Shown here one piece after another: positions 1-8,486 of a stretch of DNA of 64,000 nt. Position 1 is the first letter of the stretch; each line of letters starts with the position of its first letter. Made by a program: the position numbers and the translations under genes. This stretch comes from Pseudomonadota bacterium (GTDB taxonomy: Bacteria; Bdellovibrionota_C; UBA2361; OMII01), in assembly GCA_038134595.1 (NCBI GenBank), contig JAYPVM010000004.1:5573-69572 (forward strand). The letters are read 5' to 3'. The notes below the pieces were generated by a model that worked only from the letters and a program-made list of their open reading frames with translations, did no database searches and was not told where the DNA came from.

Positions 1-430
1 CGCTTGGGTCTGGTGAAGCTTCCGCTTCTGTGGCTCCATCAGTGTCAGCGCTTGGGTCTGGTGAAGCTTCCGCTTCTGTGGCTCCATCAGTGTCAGCGCT
101 TGGGTCTGGTGAAGCTTCCGCCTCCGGAGTTTCTTCAGTGTCAGCGCCTTCGTCTGCCGCAGCTTTCGCCTCAAGAGTTTCTTCAGTGTCAGCGCCTTCG
201 TCTGCCGCAGCTTCCGCCTTCGGAGTTTCTTCAGTGTCAGCGCCTTCGTCTGCCGGAGCTTCCGCCTCAGGAGTTTCTTCAGTGTCAGCGCCTTCGTCTG
301 CCGCAGCTTTCGCATCCGGAGTTTCTTCAGTATCAGCGCCTTCGTCTGCCGCAGCTTCCGCCTCCGGAGTTTCTTCAGTGTCAGCGCCTTCGTCTGCCGC
401 AGCTTCCGCCTCAGGAGTTTCTTCAGTGTC
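1..430. repeat. 48-bp coding tandem repeat (~9 units, two variants)
   Basis: Six DTEETPEAEAAADEGA-type units, one hybrid unit, at least two DTDGATEAEASPDPSA units. Confidence 0.9.
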
Positions 431-631
431 GGTGTTGCTGGACTCGCGCTCTAGAGTATCAGCCAATTGTCTTAACATCGACACGCCGTCGCTAAGTTCT
501 TGAACGCCTGTAAGTGATATTTTGAGAGTCTCGTTCTCAGGATTTAGGCTTAATTTACCTATGTTGTTATTGGATGAGTCGGTGATTTCTGCCTGCTGTC
601 TTTGGGATGTTTGGGTCCTAGTTATGTTCAT
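1..631 (-). CDS. Acidic tandem-repeat protein, runs off the left window edge (absent from ORF track)
   Basis: ATG at 631 after AAGGGCTGG; open frame MNITRTQTSQRQQAEITDSSNNNIGKLSLNPENETLKISLTG... then DTEETPEAEAAADEGA and DTDGATEAEASPDPSA repeats; no stop in window. Confidence 0.8.
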   Translation of the reverse strand, partial: MNITRTQTSQRQQAEITDSSNNNIGKLSLNPENETLKISLTGVQELSDGVSMLRQLADTLERESSNTDTEETPEAEAAADEGADTEETPEAEAAADEGADTEETPDAKAAADEGADTEETPEAEAPADEGADTEETPKAEAAADEGADTEETLEAKAAADEGADTEETPEAEASPDPSADTDGATEAEASPDPSADTDGATEAEASPDPS

Positions 632-837
632 TTTCCAGCCCTTGGTTAAAAATGTTGTGTACCAAGATATGGACTCTTCCCAATCTAAACAAACATATCT
701 CCGATAATTTTCTTTTGCGAGGATGCAAAAAGCCAACTTCGTGTCGAAATTAGATCGATATAGTTCGGATTAGATGCTTAGTTGCCGCCCGGACAGACCC
801 TCTAGCAAGACTTCAAATCAAGTGGCGTGGTTTTTTT

Positions 838-1524
838 CTAATTTTGAATCACAACCTCAACCCGCCGGTTTCTACGTCGACCCTCTTCGGTACGGTTAGT
901 AGCAATTGGGGTTGTTTCTCCGAAGGCCTGAATAGTGATGTTGCGGTGAGCGATACCTTCTGCATAGAGCGCATCTGCTACAGTACGCGCGCGAGCCTCG
1001 GAGAGTTTGTGGTTGTAGTCGATTGTTCCTACAGAATCTGTGTGTCCTTCAACGGCGAGTCTTCTGTTAGGTGCTTTGCGAAGTATCTGGCCGATCTCCT
1101 GAACGGTATAGCGAGCAGATGGTGTGAGATCAGATTTGCCAAACTGAAAAAGTACATCGGGCAGATTGATTACAACACCTCTATCTGAATTTCGCACATC
1201 TACCCCTTTGGCTCGAAGCTCTTCGATTAGCCGGGCGTTTTCCGCAATCATCCTATCTTGCTCGTCTAACCGGCGTTGTCTTTCGCTAATGGCTTGGTCT
1301 TGTCTCTCTACTTGAGAGCCTATGATAGCGCCGCCTAGTGCACCAACGGCTGAACCGATTGCAACACCTGCTCCAGCGTGCCCTGTTTGATGACCTATGA
1401 TAGCTCCTAGCCCAGCGCCTGCGGCAGTACCCCCAAGAGTACCGTATTCGGTTGCTCCTGGAGAGTAGTTTTGGCACCCAAGTGTTGCTACCAGAGAGGC
1501 TACGAAACAGAGCTTCTTAAACAT
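838..1524 (-). CDS. OmpA-family lipoprotein with glycine zipper (YiaD-like)
   Basis: Lipobox LGC; GAGLGAIIG zipper; OmpA-C motifs VEGHTD, NHKLSEARA, NRRVEV. Confidence 0.9.
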   Translation of the reverse strand: MFKKLCFVASLVATLGCQNYSPGATEYGTLGGTAAGAGLGAIIGHQTGHAGAGVAIGSAVGALGGAIIGSQVERQDQAISERQRRLDEQDRMIAENARLIEELRAKGVDVRNSDRGVVINLPDVLFQFGKSDLTPSARYTVQEIGQILRKAPNRRLAVEGHTDSVGTIDYNHKLSEARARTVADALYAEGIAHRNITIQAFGETTPIATNRTEEGRRRNRRVEVVIQN

Positions 1525-1548
1525 AGTAATTCCTGTGGATAGTGGCGG

Positions 1549-2640
1549 TTAAAATTGAATCTCTTCCTTTAGGATGTCGCCTAAAGCTTTTTGGGCGAGG
1601 CTAAACGATGGGTCAGCCTTTAGGGCCTCCTTGTACTCACTTTCAGCATCAGCTCTTCTGTCCATCGAGGCATACACTGAGCCAAGGGTATAGTGAAGCG
1701 GCGCGTTATTGGGACAGAGCCTAAGAGCCCGCCGTAGGTGATAGAGCTTGTCTGAGTTTGCCTGAGCGGTGTTTGCTCTGTCTCGCTCTTTGAGAGCCTC
1801 TGAACACTCTGCCGATGTTGCCCGCGGAGCGTTTATTTTGGCTGGAGATGGTATTGCGAGGTCCTTTTCTTGGAGGGTGTGTCCCGATGAACTAGGTTTC
1901 GGGGAGCTAGGCCTAGAGGGCAGTGAAGCGGCTGGTTTTACCCTGGAAGTAGTTTTACTAGCTGTCTTTTTTGTGCCTGTAGATGAGCTTTGCTTTGCGG
2001 GGTTGTTTAACTCAGTACGGACATCAAATCGGGCGATTGAACGTCGAGAGGTTTTGACGCTGTGGTGACCCCTTGGTTGGTAGTTTGTATCGGCCTCGCG
2101 TGGATTTGGTCCTCGTTGGCGAAGCTTGCTTCGCGCCCGTTCCACCGCGGGCGAAGTTGCGGTGACCGAGGTTGATTTATAGCGGTAGCGCGGTGCGTTA
2201 TCAAAGGGAGAAGTTGTTGTTGGAAGTGTGTTTTGCTCGTATGAGGGGCTTTGTTCGTATGGTAAATCCGAGCGAATATCACGGAGAGCCGCTATCTCGT
2301 TTCTTTGAGCTACGAGCATCTGCTCCTGACGTTTGATGGTCTCATCTTGTGCTCTGTTTCGCTCATCTTGTGCTTGAAGTGCATTGCCAACTAGGGCCCC
2401 TGTGGCCGCCCCAGCGAGTGCGCCTACCATAAGCCCACCCCCTGCGTTACCCGACTGGCTACCTATGATAGCTCCAAGCCCTGCTCCGACAGTGCCCCCA
2501 ACGCCTGAACCAACAGCGGTTGGTTTTTGTGGACGTGTGCAGCTTGTGCTTACCACGATAAGTGAAGCGATAATAAGCGCTTTAAGCTGTGTGCGTATGA
2601 GTGGAAATCCGGAGTAGGTGGCTTGTATTTTATTAGTCAT
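1549..2640 (-). CDS. Glycine-zipper lipoprotein with C-terminal TPR
   Basis: Lipobox TSC; GAGLGAIIG zipper; S/P/K-rich linker; TPR HYTLGSVYASMDRRADAESEYKEALKADP. Confidence 0.8.
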   Translation of the reverse strand: MTNKIQATYSGFPLIRTQLKALIIASLIVVSTSCTRPQKPTAVGSGVGGTVGAGLGAIIGSQSGNAGGGLMVGALAGAATGALVGNALQAQDERNRAQDETIKRQEQMLVAQRNEIAALRDIRSDLPYEQSPSYEQNTLPTTTSPFDNAPRYRYKSTSVTATSPAVERARSKLRQRGPNPREADTNYQPRGHHSVKTSRRSIARFDVRTELNNPAKQSSSTGTKKTASKTTSRVKPAASLPSRPSSPKPSSSGHTLQEKDLAIPSPAKINAPRATSAECSEALKERDRANTAQANSDKLYHLRRALRLCPNNAPLHYTLGSVYASMDRRADAESEYKEALKADPSFSLAQKALGDILKEEIQF

Positions 2641-2680
2641 AACGGAGGCTCATCTTTATCTGTAGTGTAATTGTTGCTTC

Positions 2681-2989
2681 TTAGTTCCCTGTTTTGTACC
2701 GAGATTTGTAGTACTGGTCGTGAAACTGCTGTCGTTTTAGATCTTGGAGCTCTTTGTCCTGTTGTTTGCGTTGTTTGCGTTGCTTTTCGATAAATCGCTC
2801 CTGCTCTTCTGGTGAGGCGTCTTTATAAGGGATGTCACCGATTCGTACTCCTCGAACCTCTGCCATCCCTCCTCCCTCTACGCTCGGAGTTGAGTGTTGA
2901 GGTTTGGTGCAACTTGTTAAAGCGACACATGGCAGTACGCTTAAGACTGATAGAAGTGCTGTGCGGCGGAGTTTTGTTCGGTAGTGCAT
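2681..2989 (-). CDS. Small hypothetical lipoprotein
   Basis: Signal peptide with LTSC lipobox; Q/K-rich coiled-coil tail. Confidence 0.65.
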   Translation of the reverse strand: MHYRTKLRRTALLSVLSVLPCVALTSCTKPQHSTPSVEGGGMAEVRGVRIGDIPYKDASPEEQERFIEKQRKQRKQQDKELQDLKRQQFHDQYYKSRYKTGN

Positions 2990-3228
2990 TTTCTCTTCCT
3001 AGCAATGTTTTTATGTTGGCCGTAGTCCAATTTCTAAGCATGTGCATTGGTCGAATTCGGAGTGCAAATTGTCTACTTTAGGTTCTTACCTTTGCCACCA
3101 GCTGGTGAGAATTACTTGTCTGAGCCGTCAGACGCCAATGTCAATTTCTCTCCAAAATCCCTTTTTATAGTACGAGTAGTTTGATAGATGGGCAACAATG
3201 AACTGAAGGTCTTTCAGTGTTTTTATCG

Positions 3229-3735
3229 TTACACAGCGGGTGTTACATCAGCAGGTTCTTTTTGAGCGAAGAATATTAGCAAGAACACCCCGATGCATAT
3301 GGCGCTATCGGCGATATTAAATGCGGGCCAGTGGTATGATCCGAGATAAACGTCCAGAAAATCAACAACACTTCCAAATCGTAGCCTGTCGATGATATTT
3401 CCAATGGCACCCCCGAGGATGGCAGCAAGGGCCACTTGAGAGGTGATGTTTTGATAGTAGGACCGAGTAAGAAAGAAAGCGATAACGAGAAGGGCAAGAC
3501 AGATTGTGATGGCGAGGACTATCTCACGCCATACATTCGGAAGGTTAGACCACAAGCCAAAGGCTGCACCACGGTTGAAGGTCAGGGTGAGGTTAAACAG
3601 ACCCTCTACAACCGAGCGAACCTCTCCTTCATAGAAATGAGCACGCACCATTTCTTTGGATACCTGATCACTTGCGATGGTAAGAAGCGTGACAAAACTA
3701 ACCACTATGAAATTTCTTTTTGAAAACGTGAACAT
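3229..3735 (-). CDS. lspA: Lipoprotein signal peptidase II
   Basis: NRGAAFG, GAIGNIIDR, VVDFL, WPAFNIADSAI. Confidence 0.97.
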   Translation of the reverse strand: MFTFSKRNFIVVSFVTLLTIASDQVSKEMVRAHFYEGEVRSVVEGLFNLTLTFNRGAAFGLWSNLPNVWREIVLAITICLALLVIAFFLTRSYYQNITSQVALAAILGGAIGNIIDRLRFGSVVDFLDVYLGSYHWPAFNIADSAICIGVFLLIFFAQKEPADVTPAV

Positions 3736-3788
3736 GGCCGAAAGTCTACACTGAGTAGAGGGTTTCTAAAAGAGGCGGGCTTCAAGCA

Positions 3789-5045
3789 TTAGTAATCAGA
3801 GTCTTTCTGAAAAACATCGAGAGCACTTTTTGGTGGATGAGAGGGCTGATCGATGTGGGAGGGCTTTGAAAGTATCCGTTCTTCGAGGTCTCCATTGTCT
3901 GACACCAGCGTAAGAGAGTAGCGGGTGATAAAAAAGAGGGTGTGAAGATCAAAAGCATCTTCAGTGAGAATCGAAACTAGTTTCTGACGGGTAGCGTTCG
4001 GAGCGATTCTATACAGCGAATCGTCTTCGATATTTGCCACCCAAACCTTTTCATCTTTACCAAGTGAGGCTACGGTCGTGCCATCGTGATTGAGTGAAAC
4101 CGAAAGGACACGTCCGTTATGAGCCTTGTGTCGAGCACTCATTTCAAACCCCCGTATGTCCCATATCTCGACGTATCCATCGTCTGTTCCTAATGCCATT
4201 TTACGCCCATTTTGTGAGAGCGTTACGGCAGTAATGCCGCGATCCTGTTTGCGGGGGGCTGCCATTGAGGTGCCAACTGTGCCGAAAAAACGTCCTGCAA
4301 ATAAATTTTTGTCATACCGGCCACCGTGTGAGTCGGCAGAATAGGGTAGCCACGCCATAATGCGACCGTCCCAGTCGGTTGACAGAAAAGGCCTCGCATC
4401 GGGAATGCTGAGCACGTGGGAGATGATTGTGTGGTGCCCAATGTAGCGCTCAAGGGTTTTTTCTCGTTCCGAAGGACTGAGGTCTTGGTCTTCCATGATG
4501 TACCGCCACCGATAGACCCTGCCGTCGGCTCCTCCGATTAGCAGTGACGTGTCGTTTTCATGAAAGGCAAGTGATGTGGGGCGACTCCTAACGCGTTGAA
4601 GCTCCCAGGTGCTTTCTGAAGTATCTAGCCGTTTTATAAAGATCGATGATCCACTGCTCCAAGCGACAAGCGCATAGCGGCGCCCAAAGGTGGCAAGTTT
4701 TGGTAGGGGCGAGAGCGTCTGCCCGATGCTCTGGAGGGTGTGACCGCCGCCTGCGACAAGCTCACCATCGTTTGTTACTCCCAAGATTAGGCGCTTTCCC
4801 TGTGAGGAAGTTGGACGGGCCGTTGCCGCAAGCAGCATGCTTGTAATTCGAGATGAAGGGTTCTCAGTAGGCAGAGAGAGCGAATTCCAAGGCGAAAATC
4901 CAAGTGATTGCAGTTGTTTATGAGCTTGGAGGGTGTGTATACCGCTTGCGTTCCAACAACCTGCGGACAAAAGGGCTAAAAATGCAATAAAAACAAAGCG
5001 TTGCGTTTTTTGCCTCATTAGATTGAGCCCTGGTGGTAAAAACAT
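3789..5045 (-). CDS. WD40-repeat lipoprotein (start probably MRQKTQ)
   Basis: Lipobox SAGC; WD40-like GGADGRVYRW, GTDDGYVEIWD, AHNGRVLSVSLNHDGTTVASLGKD. Confidence 0.8.
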   Translation of the reverse strand: MFLPPGLNLMRQKTQRFVFIAFLALLSAGCWNASGIHTLQAHKQLQSLGFSPWNSLSLPTENPSSRITSMLLAATARPTSSQGKRLILGVTNDGELVAGGGHTLQSIGQTLSPLPKLATFGRRYALVAWSSGSSIFIKRLDTSESTWELQRVRSRPTSLAFHENDTSLLIGGADGRVYRWRYIMEDQDLSPSEREKTLERYIGHHTIISHVLSIPDARPFLSTDWDGRIMAWLPYSADSHGGRYDKNLFAGRFFGTVGTSMAAPRKQDRGITAVTLSQNGRKMALGTDDGYVEIWDIRGFEMSARHKAHNGRVLSVSLNHDGTTVASLGKDEKVWVANIEDDSLYRIAPNATRQKLVSILTEDAFDLHTLFFITRYSLTLVSDNGDLEERILSKPSHIDQPSHPPKSALDVFQKDSDY

Positions 5046-5568
5046 AATCCTAAAACTTCCGCAAGCTTTCCTTTTACTATAGACTCTCCCCCAAGGTTAG
5101 AGGAGAGGAAGCGTTGGGCATTCGTATGAGAGTGTTACAGAGTACGCCCGATTAGAAAAGGCTTCCTCGAAATCGCGCTGATGTAGAGGTGTGTTGAGTA
5201 GTGGACATTTCAGTTCCCGACCCAACTGTTGAACCGTTAACGTGCTCCGTTTGTGTGTATAGAAACACGTTGCTAAGAACCCATGTGCTAACTATTGGCT
5301 AAGCGTTATTCGCTGATGTTGGGGGGATAGCAAACCTGGGGCACACGTTGTCGTAGAAGCTACGCGTTACAAGACTCAAAAGAAAAGTCACGCGAAAGAA
5401 CCACTGCAGAAGATAGGTGATTGCTCGAGTGAAAACCTACAACGTTAAAAACCTACAATGTTCATGCATGCTTGAAATATTGTGAAATAATTTTTGTGAG
5501 TGAATAGAGTGCGAGAGCCTCTGTTTTACTTGTGTAACTACAAAACTATGAAGGGATAGTGGTTCATT

Positions 5569-6945
5569 ATGGAACACATTTACTATGAAGTCGGAACGTC
5601 GTTGCTTGCTAAGCCTCAGGCACTTTGTGATTTAGTTGAATATGAGGCGGGTAGCACGTGTGTTGTATTTTGCAATTCGCCATCAGATGCAGATTTTGCT
5701 GATGTCATCTTAAAGAAGCGAGGCATTTCATCGCTTAAGCTTATCGGATACGTTCCGCAGATAAAGCTTAGCAAGGCTGTTCAACAGCTTGAGAGCGGAG
5801 AGATTACAGCTCTTGTTCTTACAGATGTAGCGGCTCGAGGTATTCCTCTTGAGCAGTTTGATGTTGTGATTAACTACTCGATTCCAACAGACCCTGAGGT
5901 TTACTTCCACCGGTTCGTAGCTGAGGGCGAGACAAAGACAAAGCGAGTGGTCAGTCTTGTTGCCGCAATGGATGTGACAAACTTTCACTACCTAAAGAAG
6001 CTTGAGAAGGTTGAGTTTGTTCAATCGGAGCCGCCAACGTCCGAGCAGCTACACGCAAGCAAGTTTAACCAACTACGAGACCAAGCTGTGACTCGTCTTG
6101 AGGCTGGCGAGTCTGATTATGCAGAGCTCATCGAGACGCTCTTAGCGGATGAAAAGTCAAAGGAGATTATCGCACTTCTTCTCGACAACACGATGTCGGT
6201 TATTCCAGCTCTTAAGGCTGCGGCTATTCCGGCTCGTGAAGAGCGAGATGAGTACTTGGATGATTTTGAAGATGATGACGTTCAACCTGACTTCGATCGT
6301 AGAGATCGCCGAGGACGCGACAATCGAAGAGGGCGTGGCGATAACGGCAACCGTGGAGACCGACGCTCTCGAAACCGCAATGATTCGTACGATGACTACG
6401 ATGACGATGGTGGTCAAGCGGCGTTTCTTGGAACTGACGAGGACGAAGGGCGTGGCGGACGTCGCCAACGACGAAACAAAAATAACGATCGTAACGGTGA
6501 AGGGCGTAGAAGGCAACGTGAGCCCCGTAAGCCTGTGGTTATAGACAAGGAGGCTAGGCTCTATGTGGGCTTGGGTTCAAACGAGGGTGTGACTGCAGAG
6601 GACCTTTCAAAGCAGGTAACTGAAGCGTGTGGACTTGAAGAGGGTGCTGTACACAAAGTGAGCATTCGAGGAGCATACTCATACGTTGATGTCGCCGAGG
6701 ATATCGCTGATTCAGTTGTTGAGAAGCTGGGCGAAGCATCGGTTGCAGGCAAAGACGAAAAGTTCTTTGTTAAAAGGGCAATTACACTTTCAATTCCGAG
6801 AGATCCTACGCCAGAGGAGCTTGCGGCGATGACACCTCCTTCTACTGAGGACTCGCACCGAGAATCGGAAGATCAAGGTGGCGACTTTGCCGGAGATGAT
6901 GGTGAGGAGGGCCCAACTCTTCTAGCCGTTGACGAGCAAGCGTAA
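5569..6945 (+). CDS. DeaD-like protein with only helicase C-terminal domain and DbpA RNA-binding domain
   Basis: Motif IV VVFCNS, motif V LVLTDVAARGI, degenerate motif VI YFHRFVAEG; R/G/D-rich linker; DbpA RRM RLYVGLG...SYVDV; no Walker A or DEAD. Confidence 0.8.
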   Translation: MEHIYYEVGTSLLAKPQALCDLVEYEAGSTCVVFCNSPSDADFADVILKKRGISSLKLIGYVPQIKLSKAVQQLESGEITALVLTDVAARGIPLEQFDVVINYSIPTDPEVYFHRFVAEGETKTKRVVSLVAAMDVTNFHYLKKLEKVEFVQSEPPTSEQLHASKFNQLRDQAVTRLEAGESDYAELIETLLADEKSKEIIALLLDNTMSVIPALKAAAIPAREERDEYLDDFEDDDVQPDFDRRDRRGRDNRRGRGDNGNRGDRRSRNRNDSYDDYDDDGGQAAFLGTDEDEGRGGRRQRRNKNNDRNGEGRRRQREPRKPVVIDKEARLYVGLGSNEGVTAEDLSKQVTEACGLEEGAVHKVSIRGAYSYVDVAEDIADSVVEKLGEASVAGKDEKFFVKRAITLSIPRDPTPEELAAMTPPSTEDSHRESEDQGGDFAGDDGEEGPTLLAVDEQA

Positions 6946-7003
6946 GCTACAGGTTGTCGATACGAGACAGTAGATCTGTTCTCTAAAGATCTGTTCCCTA
7001 AGG

Positions 7004-7049
7004 ATCCGCCCCCGAACCCCAAAGAAGGTTGTGAGGGCGGATTTCTTTT
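7004..7049 (+). terminator. Intrinsic terminator
   Basis: ATCCGCCC...GGGCGGAT stem followed by TTCTTTT. Confidence 0.7.
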
Positions 7050-7138
7050 ACCTAGGGTTGTTTTGAGTGTGTTTTAGAACGGATCTGCTTTAGGGCTCGC
7101 AATCTGCTGAACCGTATGGTTTTGATGAAAGTTTTTGA

Positions 7139-7166
7139 TTGATTAATCCAACTAAGAGTGTAAAAC
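7139..7166 (+). promoter_or_regulatory. Possible sigma70 promoter
   Basis: TTGATT-N16-TAAAAC in AT-rich DNA. Confidence 0.35.
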
Positions 7167-7187
7167 ATAAAGAATGCTTTTTTGATT

Positions 7188-7490
7188 ACGGTGGTGCATT
7201 ACCTGACCATCGTGATGAGAAAAGGGTAGAAGGGTAGTAAGGTTTTTTTAGAAGTTTTCACTTCTTATCGTAGAACCTTCTTTTGTCGGAGTCACTTTCA
7301 TTGTGTGGCTCGGTATCACCGTATTGATCCGTCTCACTGTGCGGCTCTGTATTTCACGTGCGTTTTGGTCTTTTTATAGGCCTGTATCTTCGTGGAGTAG
7401 AGACCCGCACAGTGGGACGAAGTTGCTAGACGTCATTTTTTCAACAGATGGTCATGGAGACCTGAAGGGCGTTTTGGTCAATTAGTCTCT
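7188..7490 (+). ncRNA. Candidate structured leader or ncRNA
   Basis: Consecutive hairpins, including an 88-nt stem-loop 7331-7418 closed by GTCTCACTGTGCGG/CCGCACAGTGGGAC; G-U pairs favour + strand. Confidence 0.4.
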
Positions 7491-7504
7491 AAACGGAGAG
7501 AAAG

Positions 7505-7816
7505 ATGAAGAAAGCTTTGCATTATGGATCCACCGTAAATGTCGGTGGCGTAGAAGTGATTGCGTCCAACACTGGACGGCTCTTCTACACGGTTCACGGT
7601 CGAACCGAAGAAGTGAAAAAAATTGGTGATCGCCTCCCCATAAAGACGGAGGCCGGAATGGTATTTATGACCTTCCTTGACCGCTCTGCGGCCAAACGTC
7701 AGGTCTATATACTCATCCGGACATCTCGGCAGAAAAGCGGAGATGTCGGAAGACGTAGGCGAAAGCAGGGCAGTAGTCAGTTGCGTGGAGCAGCTGAGCA
7801 AAGTGCCCAAGAGTAG
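7505..7816 (+). CDS. Small basic hypothetical protein, weakly CsrA-like
   Basis: SD GGAGAG; beta-strand pattern KKIGDRLPIKTEAGMVFMTFLD...QVYILI; basic tail. Confidence 0.6.
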   Translation: MKKALHYGSTVNVGGVEVIASNTGRLFYTVHGRTEEVKKIGDRLPIKTEAGMVFMTFLDRSAAKRQVYILIRTSRQKSGDVGRRRRKQGSSQLRGAAEQSAQE

Positions 7817-7823
7817 CCACCAC

Positions 7824-7915
7824 CTCTCATCCTTGTGTGCAAACCAAGGATGAGAGTCTCTGCGCGAGAAAAGGGTTTCCTGTTAAGAGGTTTTTCAAAC
7901 CCGCCCTTTTCTCGC
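7824..7915. other. Two tandem perfect 12-bp inverted repeats
   Basis: CTCTCATCCTTG/CAAGGATGAGAG (7824-7856) and GCGAGAAAAGGG/CCCTTTTCTCGC (7864-7915). Confidence 0.75.
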
Positions 7916-8119
7916 CTTCTAAAAGCCTTCGCCCTTTAATAATCGTTTATTTTTTTCTCTCAGCCCCTACCGCATTGAGTTGTGTATGAGACTCTCTTTT
8001 GCATGTGCTAACTCATGGCATGAGAGTATTTTATTACTTTAATATACTTAAACTAAGAGGTTTGTTTTCCTTGTATAATTCTTGGAGCCTAAACGATAAA
8101 AATCAATGGAGAAGGTTAT

Positions 8120-8353
8120 ATGAAACTCTACGCCTGGCAAAACGTCGGTTCCGCCGAAGAGTATCGAAAGATGATTCAATCAGAATATGAGCGCCTTCGA
8201 GAACAACGTTCCCGCCAAGGCGAAGCATACGGACTAGAGGAGGTAAAGCTCCGTCTTTTTCTCTCCTTGTTGGAGAAGTCGCCCGTAGAAAACAGTGAAG
8301 ATCACAACCACTTGCCAGGATCCGATGCCGCAGATCTCCCTTCTGTCGCATAA
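8120..8353 (+). CDS. Small helical hypothetical protein
   Basis: SD GGAGAAGG, ATG, protein-like composition. Confidence 0.6.
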   Translation: MKLYAWQNVGSAEEYRKMIQSEYERLREQRSRQGEAYGLEEVKLRLFLSLLEKSPVENSEDHNHLPGSDAADLPSVA

Positions 8354-8486
8354 AACCAGAGAGGTTTCCCCATGTTTTTCAGGTGGTTACATGAAAAAAG
8401 CTTTATGCACTAGATTGCTGATTTAAATCCTTAAGAAAAACCGCAGTTCGTACGACCCCAAATTTAAGCGTTTTTGGGGGAAGACT

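Noticed and set aside
4..503. + strand repeat ORFs (163 aa and 157 aa)
   Set aside because: Shadows of the stop-free 48-bp repeat; the - strand frame has ATG, SD and a unique N-terminus
6971..7006. AGATCTGTTCYCTA tandem 15-mers
   Set aside because: Two copies beside a terminator with no further support
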